DNA from: an uncultured Solibacteraceae bacterium
GTDB lineage: Bacteria; Acidobacteriota; Vicinamibacteria; Vicinamibacterales; SCN-69-37
Direction: 5' to 3'
NCBI GenBank assembly: GCA_964423815.1
Contig: CAYRGW010000009.1
Span: 3,467 to 67,466 of the forward strand
Length of the DNA: 64,000 nucleotides
The translations under genes and the position numbers were made by a program. Positions 1 through 9,281 of the stretch are shown here, piece by piece. The notes beneath the pieces were generated by a model. It worked only from the letters and a program-made list of their open reading frames with translations, was not told the origin of the DNA and made no database searches. The number at the start of each line of letters is the position of its first letter. The first letter of the stretch is position 1.

Positions 1-656
1 AGCAACGGCACGCCGGGCACAAACAACACCGCGCCCAGAGCGGCTGCGGCCCCCCACGCGAGGACCCGCTCTCGTGCGCGCGACCAGGACAACACCATCA
101 CCACTGCCTCAATCGGAAACAGCAGCAATGACAAATAGTGCGTATACAGCAGCGCGGCGGTCGCACCGGTCAGGGCCAGCCACTCCCCACGTGTGGGCCG
201 GGTTTCGGTCCGCATCCAGTGCAGGGTGATCCCGACGTGTACGGCCACCAGCAGCGTGAAGAGGCTGTAGCTGCGTACGTATTGCGCGTAGTGCACGTGC
301 GCGGGCGCAATCGCCAGCACAAACGCGGCCGCCAGACCTTCCTTCCAGCCGACGGCATCACACACCACGCGCCACACCACCCACACCGCGAGCCAGCCGA
401 AGATCGCGGGCAGGAGCCGCGCCCACACGTCGGAGTCACTCACCAGGATCCAGGCATGCAGCAGCAGCGGAGACAACGCCGGGCTGGCATCAAGCATCCG
501 CATCGTGTGCGCCATCTCGCCCAGAGACGACGAGGCCACCGTGAGCGTGGTGACTTCGTCGATGTAGAGGGGTTTGCCGAGCGCCGCCACACGCAGAACG
601 GCGGCCAGCAGCAGAATCAGGACCAGAACCCGTCCGGCGACGCGGGGAGGTGTCAT
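1..656 (-). CDS. GT-C/ArnT-PMT-like membrane glycosyltransferase (3' end outside window)
   Basis: Not in the ORF track. ATG at 656 overlaps the wecE stop (ATGA). Translates MTPPRVAGRVLVLILLLAAVLRV..LYIDE..SPLLLHAW..WARLLPAIFG..HVHYAQYVRSYSL, a hydrophobic protein with the DE motif after TM1 typical of GT39/83. Confidence 0.75.
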   Translation of the reverse strand, partial: MTPPRVAGRVLVLILLLAAVLRVAALGKPLYIDEVTTLTVASSSLGEMAHTMRMLDASPALSPLLLHAWILVSDSDVWARLLPAIFGWLAVWVVWRVVCDAVGWKEGLAAAFVLAIAPAHVHYAQYVRSYSLFTLLVAVHVGITLHWMRTETRPTRGEWLALTGATAALLYTHYLSLLLFPIEAVVMVLSWSRARERVLAWGAAAALGAVLFVPGVPL

Positions 657-1849
657 CGAGCGGCTGCGTGTGATGGCAGGAGCCGCCCCACGACCTTGAG
701 TGTCGCGGCCACCACGTCGTCGATGTCTGAGTCGGTAATCGCCGGAAAGATCGGCAGGCGGATCAGGCTCTCCGCCACACGTGTCGTCACGGGCAGGTCC
801 GCCGGACTGTATCCCGCCAGTGACCGCGCGTAGGGCGCGGAGTGCAGGGGGATGTAGTGGAAACTTGCGCCGATGCCTTCGCGCTTGAGCGCCGCGAGCA
901 CGGCATCACGGCTCTCCTGTGGCACCAGCACCGGATACAGATGCCAACTGCTCTCCATGGAGGCGGGTGGCAGCGCCACACGGTCACTCACCTCGGCCAA
1001 CGCACTGGTGAGCCGCACGGCGAGCTCACGTTTCCTCGCAAGAATGGCGGGAAGCCGGCCCAACTGCACACGCAACATCGCGGCGAGGATGTCGCTCACG
1101 ACCAGGCTGCCGCCCAGTCCCACCCATTCGTATTTGTTGACCTCGCCCCGGAAAAACGCGGACCGGTTGGTCCCCTTCTCCCGGAGAATCTCCGCGGCGT
1201 CGGTGTCGGCAGCGTCACGGCAGACCAGGGCGCCGCCCTCGCCGCAGACCACGTCCTTCGACCCGTGGAAACTGAAACACCCGAAGTCGCCCAGTGTGCC
1301 CAGCAGCCGCCCCCGCCACGTCGCCCCAAGTGCGTGTGCGGCGTCCTCAATGACCCGAATCCCACGTTCGGCCGCCAGGGCCAGAATGGCGTCCATGTCG
1401 CAGGGCCGGCCCGCATAGTGAACGACGATGACGGCGCGTGTTGCGGGGGTGATCACCTGCGACAGGGTCTCGGCGGTCACATTAAACGTGTGGGGATCGA
1501 TGTCGGCAAACACCGGTCGGGCACCCGCGCGGACGACGGCGTTGGCGCAGGAGACAAACGTAAAACTCGGCAGCACCACGTCGTCGCCCGGGCCGATGTG
1601 GGCGAGCAGGATTGCCGCCTCAAGCGCGGCCGTGCATGAATTGACGAGCAACGCGCGGTCCACGCCGAGCAGTGCGGCCAGCTGCTTCTCGACCGCAAGA
1701 CCGAGCCCGCCGGCGCCAATCAGCGCGCCGGAAGTGACGGCGGCCGCCACCGCCTCGGCTTCGGCGACATCCACCCAGGGCCCTACGAGCGGAAGCACGG
1801 TGGACCGCACAGGCGGCCCCCCATCGATGGCAAGACGCGGTGATGACAT
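653..1849 (-). CDS. wecE: DegT/DnrJ sugar aminotransferase (dTDP-4-amino-4,6-dideoxygalactose transaminase-like)
   Basis: NSCTAALE, PSFTFVS, IEDAAH, FSFHGSK (PLP Lys), and the WecE/RffA-like REKGTNRSAFFRGEVNKYEW. Confidence 0.85.
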   Translation of the reverse strand: MSSPRLAIDGGPPVRSTVLPLVGPWVDVAEAEAVAAAVTSGALIGAGGLGLAVEKQLAALLGVDRALLVNSCTAALEAAILLAHIGPGDDVVLPSFTFVSCANAVVRAGARPVFADIDPHTFNVTAETLSQVITPATRAVIVVHYAGRPCDMDAILALAAERGIRVIEDAAHALGATWRGRLLGTLGDFGCFSFHGSKDVVCGEGGALVCRDAADTDAAEILREKGTNRSAFFRGEVNKYEWVGLGGSLVVSDILAAMLRVQLGRLPAILARKRELAVRLTSALAEVSDRVALPPASMESSWHLYPVLVPQESRDAVLAALKREGIGASFHYIPLHSAPYARSLAGYSPADLPVTTRVAESLIRLPIFPAITDSDIDDVVAATLKVVGRLLPSHAAAR

Positions 1850-1974
1850 GGCTCTGGTTCAGGACGAAAGACGGTGAGCGATGAGATACTATACCGCGAC
1901 CCTCGCGGATTGCTGTTTCCACAGACGGGCCGCGCCATCCTCATCATGAAGTTTTCCGACGGACCCGAGCCCAC

Positions 1975-2814
1975 GTGCGCGAGATAAACGCCGCCCTGAT
2001 CAAGTCGCACGCAGACCGCCGATTCCGATCGGAGTACGACTACGCCCTGTTTGAGTATTACCGGTCCGCCAAGGTCCTCGCCTTCCTCGACCGCGCCGGT
2101 GTGGAGGTCAAGGGCCGTGTGCTGGACGCCGGGTGTGGCGGGGGCGGCATGCCGCTGTCGCTCGCCGAACACGCGTCGTTTGTGGTCGGCATCGACCCGG
2201 TCAACCGCTTCGGGGACGCCGGCGTGAAACTGGCCGCCGAGCGTAATCTGCCCCACCTGCACTTCCTCCAGGCCGACGGCATGTATCTGCCCTTTGCCGA
2301 AAAGTCCTTTGACCTCGTGTTGTCCCACGCGGTCATCGAACACGTGGTGGACGCGCCCCTGTATCTGCGTGAATGCCGCCGAGTCATGGCGCCGGGCGCG
2401 CGATTCCTGCTCTCAACCGCCCCCTATCTCTCGTTTGCCGGGGCCCACCTGCCCCGCCTCAAAATTCAGATTCCGCTGCACCTGATCACCGGGCGCTGGA
2501 TCGCCTTCCGCACCTTCCGCCTGCTCGCGCGGTACGCGCCGTGGACCCTCAAGGAACCGGCGCACGAAAACTCGTTCATCCGGGATGCCCGCAACGGTAT
2601 CTGGAAACACGACGACCTGCTTGAGCTGGTCACGGTCACACGCCTGCGTCAGCAGATCGCGGATGCGGGACTGAAAATTGTGCGCGAAGAACTGCACTCC
2701 ACCTCCACCGTCCGCAACCTGCCGGGCGCGCTGGGACGATGGGTGCGCAACAGCGAGGCCACACGCGACATCTTCATCAGTAATATGGAATATGTGTTGG
2801 AGTCGGCAGGCTGA
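1975..2814 (+). CDS. Class I SAM-dependent methyltransferase
   Basis: VLDAGCGGG motif I, LPFAEKSFDLVLSHAVIEHV. Confidence 0.85.
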   Translation: MREINAALIKSHADRRFRSEYDYALFEYYRSAKVLAFLDRAGVEVKGRVLDAGCGGGGMPLSLAEHASFVVGIDPVNRFGDAGVKLAAERNLPHLHFLQADGMYLPFAEKSFDLVLSHAVIEHVVDAPLYLRECRRVMAPGARFLLSTAPYLSFAGAHLPRLKIQIPLHLITGRWIAFRTFRLLARYAPWTLKEPAHENSFIRDARNGIWKHDDLLELVTVTRLRQQIADAGLKIVREELHSTSTVRNLPGALGRWVRNSEATRDIFISNMEYVLESAG

Positions 2815-3857
2815 TGGCGGACGTTGATCGATATCGCGCAGACGACAAACGCCACGTGGAGGCGTTGTATCGACGTGTGTTCGGTGTGGACTCGGCCGAG
2901 GCCAACCGCCTGCGGTGGGATTGGCAGTACAAACGTAATCCCCACATGCCGGCCGACGGCCCGCTGATCTGGCTCGCCCGCGAAGGCCAGACCATCGTCG
3001 GGCAATACGCGACCATGCCGGTGAAACTGCTGGTGCAGGGACGGGAAATCGACGCCGCGTGGGGTATGGACGTGATGGTGGCCCCGGAACGGCAGCGCCA
3101 GGGCCTGGGCGAAGTGTTGTTCCGCACGTGGGACCGCAACGTCGGCGCCTCGTTGGGGCTGGGCCTCTCGGATTCGTCCTATCGCCTCTTTGGAAAACTG
3201 CGGTGGCCCGATGTGGGGCCCGTCCCGTGTTTTGTGAAACCGCTCACCCGCCGCGCGTTGCGCCGCCCGGGCTGGTCGGTCGGTGCCAACCGGCTCCTCT
3301 CCGCGCTCACGCTGCCGTGGGTGCGCCTGGTCGCGCGCACACGTCCGCTCGAGGGCGAGGTGCGGGTCATCCGCCACTTTGACGAGCGGTTTGATGCGTT
3401 GTGGGCGAAGGTCTCGTCGCAGTTTGCGTTTATCGTCAGACGCGACGCGGCGTATCTCAACTGGAAATACGTGCACGCGCCACACGTCCGCTACACGATC
3501 GCGGTGCTCGAACGTGACGGCGAGGCCGCCGGGTACGTCGTGTATCGCCATGTGCAGGAACCCCGCGGCCGCGTGACGATCGTCGTTGACTGGTTGACCG
3601 CGCCCGACGATCACTCCGGCATGTTGACGCTGCTGCGCTGGGTGGATCGGGAAGCCCGTGCCGCCGACTCGGACAAGATCCGCGCCTTCGCGATGCACGC
3701 CGGGTATCGCAAACTGATCCGTCAGTCGGGCTACTTCGCGGTGAAGTCCACGATGGAGTTTGTCGCGAAGGTGAATGCGGTGGATGTGCCGTCGTCGTTT
3801 TACGAAAAACCCGACACCTGGCACGTGACCCTCGGCGACTCGGACCAGGATCGATGA
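2814..3857 (+). CDS. GNAT-family acetyltransferase
   Basis: DVMVAPERQRQGLG acetyl-CoA-binding motif; overlaps both neighbours. Confidence 0.8.
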   Translation: MADVDRYRADDKRHVEALYRRVFGVDSAEANRLRWDWQYKRNPHMPADGPLIWLAREGQTIVGQYATMPVKLLVQGREIDAAWGMDVMVAPERQRQGLGEVLFRTWDRNVGASLGLGLSDSSYRLFGKLRWPDVGPVPCFVKPLTRRALRRPGWSVGANRLLSALTLPWVRLVARTRPLEGEVRVIRHFDERFDALWAKVSSQFAFIVRRDAAYLNWKYVHAPHVRYTIAVLERDGEAAGYVVYRHVQEPRGRVTIVVDWLTAPDDHSGMLTLLRWVDREARAADSDKIRAFAMHAGYRKLIRQSGYFAVKSTMEFVAKVNAVDVPSSFYEKPDTWHVTLGDSDQDR

Positions 3858-4834
3858 GCACCGCCGGTCCGGCGTTGCTGGTGGCGATCGACACCGAGGG
3901 CGACAACCAGTGGGACCTGCAGGCCCGCCTGCATCAACGCTTCGAAAACATTTACGCCCTGCGGACGCTGCACGAATTCTTCGTGCGCCACGGCGTGCGC
4001 CCGACCTACGTCATCACACACCCGGTGGCGACCGACCCCCGATCCGCTGAGGTGTTGCGCGGTCTGCTCGCTGATGGTTCGTGCGAGATCGGCGCACATC
4101 ATCACGCGTGGGAAACACCGCCCTGCACGGAAGACGACGTGCGGCGACATCCGTACGCGCTGCAACTGCCGCTGGATCAGTTCGACGCGCAGCTGCGGGA
4201 GTTGACGACGGCGATTACGCAGGCGGTGGGGGAACGGCCCGTGTCGTACCGGTCGGGACGATTCGGGTTTTCGGCCGCGCATGTGTCGTCGCTGGAACAG
4301 CAGGGATATCTGGTCGACTCGTCGGTGGCGCCGCTGTTCTACGAAGCCCACAAAGGTGGACCGGACTTTGTGGAGGCGCCGCTCACGCCGTATTACCTCG
4401 CGTACGACAACGCCACACGGCCCGGCACCAGCGACGTGCTGGAGTTGCCCATCTCGGCCGCGCTCAATCGCCGCGTGCCGGCGTGGATGGAACACGCGTA
4501 TGCGCGCGCGCCGTTCAACTACACGGTCAAACGGGCGTTGCGGCTGTCGGGCATCGCGCGCGTGGACTGGCTCCGCCCGTCGTACACCTCGGCCGCCGAC
4601 ATGTGTGCGCTCGGCCGACGGCTGGTGCAACGTGGCGCGCCAATTCTCAACCTGCTGTTCCACTCCTCGGAAGTGATCGTCGGCGGCAGTCCGTACAACA
4701 AGACGCCGGGCGAACTCGACGCGTTTTACGAGCGGCTCGGCACGTTCCTCACGTTTGCCACACAAGACCTTGGCGCGGAGGGTCTGACGTTCAAACAGTT
4801 CCACACGCGCTGGTCCACACAGGGCGCCTCGTGA
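3854..4834 (+). CDS. Polysaccharide deacetylase (WalW-like)
   Basis: AIDTEGDNQW, EIGAHHHAW, SYRSGRFG, LLFHSSE motifs. Confidence 0.8.
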   Translation: MSTAGPALLVAIDTEGDNQWDLQARLHQRFENIYALRTLHEFFVRHGVRPTYVITHPVATDPRSAEVLRGLLADGSCEIGAHHHAWETPPCTEDDVRRHPYALQLPLDQFDAQLRELTTAITQAVGERPVSYRSGRFGFSAAHVSSLEQQGYLVDSSVAPLFYEAHKGGPDFVEAPLTPYYLAYDNATRPGTSDVLELPISAALNRRVPAWMEHAYARAPFNYTVKRALRLSGIARVDWLRPSYTSAADMCALGRRLVQRGAPILNLLFHSSEVIVGGSPYNKTPGELDAFYERLGTFLTFATQDLGAEGLTFKQFHTRWSTQGAS

Positions 4835-5973
4835 GAATTGTCCACGTCTCGCCGCACCTGCCGCCCGACCAGGCGGCCAACGCGATCCTGCCCGCCCAGG
4901 CGGGGATGTGGTCCGCCGACCGCGGCCACTCGGTGATCTATGTCGCGCACCCGCCGGCGCAGGGTGGCGCGCCGGCCCCGCCTGATGCGGGTCCGGTGAC
5001 GTGGGTGCGCCGGCGTACGCGTGAAGGCCTGTTGGGCGCGCTGCGACTGGACGCACTCGTGTTGTCCCGGCAATTTGGTCGCGTGCTTGATCAGGCGGCG
5101 GCCGGCGCCGATCTGCTGCATCTGCACAGCAACGGCCTGCTCATCGAGGCGGCGGCGTCGTGGGCGCGGCAACAACAAATCCCGTACCTGTTGACGTTGT
5201 ACGGGACGGAAATCTGGCACTACAAACCACGCCGGCCAATCGATTTTTTCCGCCGCACCTACATGCACGCGGCGGCCGTCACCTTCTACAGCCGCAAGTT
5301 GATGGAACGTGCGCGCGAGGAGGGTCTGGATCGCCAGAAACTCTCGGTGGTCTACCCGGCCGTCTCGGACGTGTTTGCCCCGGCTGATGAGGCCACCAGA
5401 GCCGCGATTAAACGAGACCTCGGCATCACCGAGCCGCGCCTGATCGTCAACGTCAAACGCCTGCACGAGCTGGCCGGGCAGACGTATCTGCTGGACGCCT
5501 TTGCCTCCCTGAGCCAGCGACGGCAGGACGTCCGGCTGGTGATCTGCGGCACCGGCGGCCTGCGGGAGTCCCTCGAAGCCCAGGCCAAGACCCTCGGCAT
5601 CACCGATCGGGTCACCTTTGCGGGGCTGGTGGCCAATGACGATGTGGCCAGGTACACGGCGGCGGCCGATGTGTTTGCGCTGCCGTCACTGCTGGAGGCG
5701 CTGCCCACGGTGGCGGTGGAAGCGCTCGCGTCAGGCACCCCCGTGGTGTCGGCCGACCATCCCGGCGGGCTCGAATTGCAGGAGTTGTTTGAGGGCGACG
5801 TGGTGGTGGTGCCCCGGCGGGACGTGCCCACGTTGACCCGCGCGCTCGAAGAATCGTTGGCCGCAGGCCGGCGGACGCAGCCACAAACCCAGGCCACGCT
5901 GGCCCGGCTGTTCCGGTCCCCGGCCATCGGCGAACAATACGACCGCCTCTACCGCGATATGCTTGCCCGATGA
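4831..5973 (+). CDS. Glycosyltransferase family 4
   Basis: GTG start overlaps the previous stop (MRIVHVSPH); DVFALPSLLEALPTVAVEALASGTPVV signature. The track start at 4081 is over-extended. Confidence 0.88.
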   Translation: MRIVHVSPHLPPDQAANAILPAQAGMWSADRGHSVIYVAHPPAQGGAPAPPDAGPVTWVRRRTREGLLGALRLDALVLSRQFGRVLDQAAAGADLLHLHSNGLLIEAAASWARQQQIPYLLTLYGTEIWHYKPRRPIDFFRRTYMHAAAVTFYSRKLMERAREEGLDRQKLSVVYPAVSDVFAPADEATRAAIKRDLGITEPRLIVNVKRLHELAGQTYLLDAFASLSQRRQDVRLVICGTGGLRESLEAQAKTLGITDRVTFAGLVANDDVARYTAAADVFALPSLLEALPTVAVEALASGTPVVSADHPGGLELQELFEGDVVVVPRRDVPTLTRALEESLAAGRRTQPQTQATLARLFRSPAIGEQYDRLYRDMLAR

Positions 5974-6425
5974 GCCTTCTCGCCCGAGTGACGCAGGAAA
6001 TTGGTGACGCCATGCGGCAACGCGACCAGGCCTCGCTTGGTCCGCTCCGCATGCTGAAAGCCGCGTTGATGAACCGCGAGGTCGAAAAAAACCGCGCCCT
6101 CGACGAGGCCGAGAGTGTGCAGGTCGTCAATCAGCTGGTCAAACAGCGCCGGGACTCCATCGACCAGTTTCGGGCGGGTGGCCGAACCGACCTGGCAGAC
6201 AAGGAACAGGCCGAATTGACGTTCCTGGAAAAATTTCTTCCGGCCTCAGCCGACCCCGCTGCCGTCGAGGCGGCGATCACCGCCGCCATGGCCGAAACCG
6301 GGGCCACGTCCGCCAAAGACATGGGCAAAGTGATGAAAGCCGTGAATCTGGCGCTGGCCGGCCAGACCGTGGACGGCCGGGCCCTGGCCGAGGCGGTCAA
6401 ACAGCGCCTGTCGGGCGCCAACTAA
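5970..6425 (+). CDS. yqeY: GatB/YqeY domain protein
   Basis: LRMLKAAL, KQRRDSIDQF..GRTDLADKE, GATSAKDMGKVM. Confidence 0.9.
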   Translation: MSLLARVTQEIGDAMRQRDQASLGPLRMLKAALMNREVEKNRALDEAESVQVVNQLVKQRRDSIDQFRAGGRTDLADKEQAELTFLEKFLPASADPAAVEAAITAAMAETGATSAKDMGKVMKAVNLALAGQTVDGRALAEAVKQRLSGAN

Positions 6426-6461
6426 ATATCCGTGGGCAGAAAACCCGGCCAAACTATTTTC

Positions 6462-6561
6462 GAGGGGCCCCAGTCTAATCCCGGTGAAAGGCACGAAAGT
6501 GCTGATCATCCATCCTCCGGGCAGGGGCATCAATCGCAGGGGTTGATGCCCCTTCTTTTTT
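6462..6561 (+). ncRNA. Candidate structured leader or sRNA upstream of murJ
   Basis: CCCGG(6480-84)/CCGGG(6517-21) helix encloses a GGCAC-GAAA-GTGCT tetraloop hairpin, followed by a terminator. Family not identified. Confidence 0.4.
6523..6561 (+). terminator. Intrinsic terminator 9 nt before murJ ATG
   Basis: AGGGGCATCAA/TTGATGCCCCT 11-bp stem followed by TCTTTTTT. Confidence 0.75.
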
Positions 6562-6570
6562 CTCCCCCCC

Positions 6571-8184
6571 ATGTCTGAGCGCCTCGCCAAATCCGCCGGG
6601 ACGGTCGGCCTGGCCGTCATGACCAGCCGGATCCTGGGCGTCATCCGCGACCAGGTCATGGCCCACATGTTCGGCACGGGCGCCGCGCAGGACGCGTTTA
6701 ACCTCGCGACCCGCATCCCCAATCTGGTCCGGGACCTGTTTGCCGAAGGCGCCATGAGTGCGGCCTTTGTGCCGACCTTCACCCGGTATCTCAAGACCCA
6801 CGGCCGCGAGGCGGCGTGGCGACTCGGCAACCTGGTGCTCAACGCGCTGATCCTGGTGACGTCCGTGCTGGTCGTGCTGGGCATGGTGTTCGCCGAACCG
6901 CTGCTGAGCCTGCTCGAGACCAGCGGCACGCCGGAGGAGATGGCGATGGACGCCGCGCGCCTCTCGCTGGCGGTGGACCTGTCGCGGGTGGTGATGCCGT
7001 TCCTCACACTGGTCGCGATCGCGGTCGCGCTGGGCGGCATGTTGAACGCACTCCGCCGGTTTTTTATCCCGGCGTTGTCCCCGGCCATTTTTAACGTTGG
7101 GGTATTGCTCAGCGCCCTGCTCGTGGTCCCCATCGTCGTCAAGCTGGGCTGGCCTCCGATCTACGGCATTGCCATCGGCACACTCGTGGGTGGTCTGGGC
7201 CAGATCCTGATTCAGATTCCCCTGCTCCCCCGCGAGGGGTTCCGCTACAAGCCGATCGTCAGCTTCAGTGATCCCGGCATGCGCGAGATCCTGATGCTCA
7301 TGGGGCCGGGCACGTTGGGTCTGGCCGCGGCTCAGGTGAATCTGCTCGTGAACACGTGGCTCGCGTGGGATCAGGGGCAAGGCGCGATTTCCGCGCTGGG
7401 GTTTGCATTCCGGCTGATGTATCTGCCGATTGGCCTGTTTGGTGTGTCGGTGGCCACGGCCGCGATTCCGGAGATCGCGCGGCAGGTGAATGCCGGGGCG
7501 CTGGGCGACGTGCGGCGCACGATCTCGAGCAGCCTCCGCATGATGTTGATGATGAGTGTGCCCGCCACGGTGGGCCTGATGGTGCTGGCCGGCCCCATCG
7601 TGGAGTTCATCTTTCAGCGCGGCGAATTTAATGCGACCAGCACCCAGATGACCGCGCTGGCGTTGTTTTATTACGCGCCCGGCCTGATCGGATATTCCGC
7701 GGTGAAGATCGCGTCGCCGACGTTTTACGCACTGAAGGATTCCCGGACGCCGGTGCTCATCAGCCTCGCGACGATCGGACTGAACCTGACGCTGAATCTG
7801 ACGCTGGTGCGGTACATGGGATTCCAGGGGCTTGCGATCGGCACGGCGGTCGCGGCGTTGTTTAATGCGTCCGCGTTGTTTTTCCTGCTGTCGCGCCGCA
7901 TCGACGGCATCGATGGCCGACGCGTATTGATCGCGACCACCAAGATCCTGATCGCGTCGCTCGCGATGGGTGCGGCCGCCTGGGGCACGGAGTACTGGCT
8001 GAGAGAGACGTTGCCGCAGTTCACGTCGTTGACCGGGTGGATGGCCACCACACTGCGCGCGGGCATCCGGGTGTTTGGTGCGATCGGCGTGGGTGTCCTC
8101 GTGTTGTGTCTCACCGCGTGGGCGTTACGATTGCAGGAGTTTCTGGATGTGGCGCGCAAAATTGTGTCGAGGGTGAAGCGTTGA
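6571..8184 (+). CDS. murJ: Lipid II flippase MurJ (MviN)
   Basis: SRILGVIRD, DAFNLATRIPNLVRDLFAEGAMSAAFVPTF, RLMYLPIGLFGV. Confidence 0.95.
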   Translation: MSERLAKSAGTVGLAVMTSRILGVIRDQVMAHMFGTGAAQDAFNLATRIPNLVRDLFAEGAMSAAFVPTFTRYLKTHGREAAWRLGNLVLNALILVTSVLVVLGMVFAEPLLSLLETSGTPEEMAMDAARLSLAVDLSRVVMPFLTLVAIAVALGGMLNALRRFFIPALSPAIFNVGVLLSALLVVPIVVKLGWPPIYGIAIGTLVGGLGQILIQIPLLPREGFRYKPIVSFSDPGMREILMLMGPGTLGLAAAQVNLLVNTWLAWDQGQGAISALGFAFRLMYLPIGLFGVSVATAAIPEIARQVNAGALGDVRRTISSSLRMMLMMSVPATVGLMVLAGPIVEFIFQRGEFNATSTQMTALALFYYAPGLIGYSAVKIASPTFYALKDSRTPVLISLATIGLNLTLNLTLVRYMGFQGLAIGTAVAALFNASALFFLLSRRIDGIDGRRVLIATTKILIASLAMGAAAWGTEYWLRETLPQFTSLTGWMATTLRAGIRVFGAIGVGVLVLCLTAWALRLQEFLDVARKIVSRVKR

Positions 8185-8849
8185 TGGAGAGAGGGTACAC
8201 ATTCGGGCCCGGGCCGTTGACGCCGGCCGTCAAGGCGCTCGTGTATTCCAACATCGCCGTGTTTGTGGTGATGCTGGTGGTGCCGAGCCTGATCACCTGG
8301 ATCGGACTCATCCCCGAGCTGGTGCTGACACGTGCGTACGTCTGGCAGATCGTCACCTATCAGTTTGTCCACACCGAACCGTTTCACCTGCTGCTCAACA
8401 TGTTGACGGTCTGGATGTTCGGCGTGGATCTCGAACGCCGCTGGGGCACGATCGCGTTTGCGAAGTACTACCTCATCGTCGGCACCACGGCCGGCGTGGC
8501 CACCGTGCTGGTGTCGCTGCTGCCGATGGCGTTTGCGCAGATGTCCTATTCGGCCGTCACCATCGGGGCGTCCGGCGCCGGGTACGGCCTGTTGATGGCG
8601 TGGGGCATCGTGTTCCCCCACAGGGTCGTGCACCTGCTGGGCATCTTCCCGCTGACGGCGCGTGTGTTTGTGTTGATCATCGGCGCCATCTCGTTGTCGC
8701 AGGCCATCTCGAGCGGCGGCAACAGCGGGATCGCCCACGTCGCACACCTGGGCGGCCTTGTCGCCGGCTGGTTGTATCTGAAAACCCCGCGCCCAAAAGC
8801 CCCGCCCGCCCGGCCCCCACGCCCCGACTACATCCGGCGCGTGCACTGA
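8184..8849 (+). CDS. Rhomboid intramembrane serine protease
   Basis: WQIVTYQFVH, HLLLNML, GASG catalytic Ser, AHLGG catalytic His. ATG at 8184 overlaps the murJ stop. Confidence 0.9.
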   Translation: MERGYTFGPGPLTPAVKALVYSNIAVFVVMLVVPSLITWIGLIPELVLTRAYVWQIVTYQFVHTEPFHLLLNMLTVWMFGVDLERRWGTIAFAKYYLIVGTTAGVATVLVSLLPMAFAQMSYSAVTIGASGAGYGLLMAWGIVFPHRVVHLLGIFPLTARVFVLIIGAISLSQAISSGGNSGIAHVAHLGGLVAGWLYLKTPRPKAPPARPPRPDYIRRVH

Positions 8850-8852
8850 GAC

Positions 8853-8890
8853 GAAGTCCCGGGGTCCCGAAGTCCCGAAGTCCCGAAGTC
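8853..8890. repeat. GAAGTCCC/GGGGTCCC octamer tandem
   Basis: About 5 units directly after the rhomboid stop; same family at 23223 and 25889. Confidence 0.85.
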
Positions 8891-8894
8891 AGGA

Positions 8895-8930
8895 TTTCAA
8901 CATGGGGGGCCATGGGGATCCATGTTGAAA
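8895..8930. repeat. Short TTTCAACATG..CATGTTGAAA inverted-repeat element
   Basis: 10-bp perfect IR between convergent genes; same termini at 38965/39216 and 61034. Confidence 0.85.
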
Positions 8931-8948
8931 GCTCTTTTTGTGCCTTGA

Positions 8949-9257
8949 TCACACCACCGTCAGCACAAACGCGTCGTCGAGTGCTTCGCTCTGGTGCGGG
9001 GCGTCGGCGGGCACGGCCAGGACCTCGCCGGTGCGCACGACGCGGTCGGTGCCGTGGACACGGACGCGCAGGGCGCCCTGCAGCACGTAGAGGAGTTGTT
9101 CGACCGGGTGTGTGTGCCGCGGCACGAGGGCGCCCCGCTTGAGGTAGACCTGGGTCACCACGTGTTCGGGTGAGCGCAGGACCTTGCGCGACACCATCTC
9201 GGTGACGCGGTCCAGCTCCAGTTCATCCCAGCGAAACGACTCAACGGACGAGGCCAT
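8949..9257 (-). CDS. Cupin domain protein
   Basis: [26 protein letters not shown] at 9257 with a TATACT box 6 nt upstream. Confidence 0.85.
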   Translation of the reverse strand: MASSVESFRWDELELDRVTEMVSRKVLRSPEHVVTQVYLKRGALVPRHTHPVEQLLYVLQGALRVRVHGTDRVVRTGEVLAVPADAPHQSEALDDAFVLTVV

Positions 9258-9281
9258 CCTGCCAGTATAGAATTGGAAACC

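Noticed and set aside
4081-4830. 630-aa version of the GT4
   Set aside because: It overlaps the deacetylase in another frame; GTG 4831 gives a normal GT4 N-terminus.
6480-6521. Hammerhead ribozyme (GAAA and CUGAUCA present)
   Set aside because: The CUGANGA core is not matched and only one internal hairpin exists.
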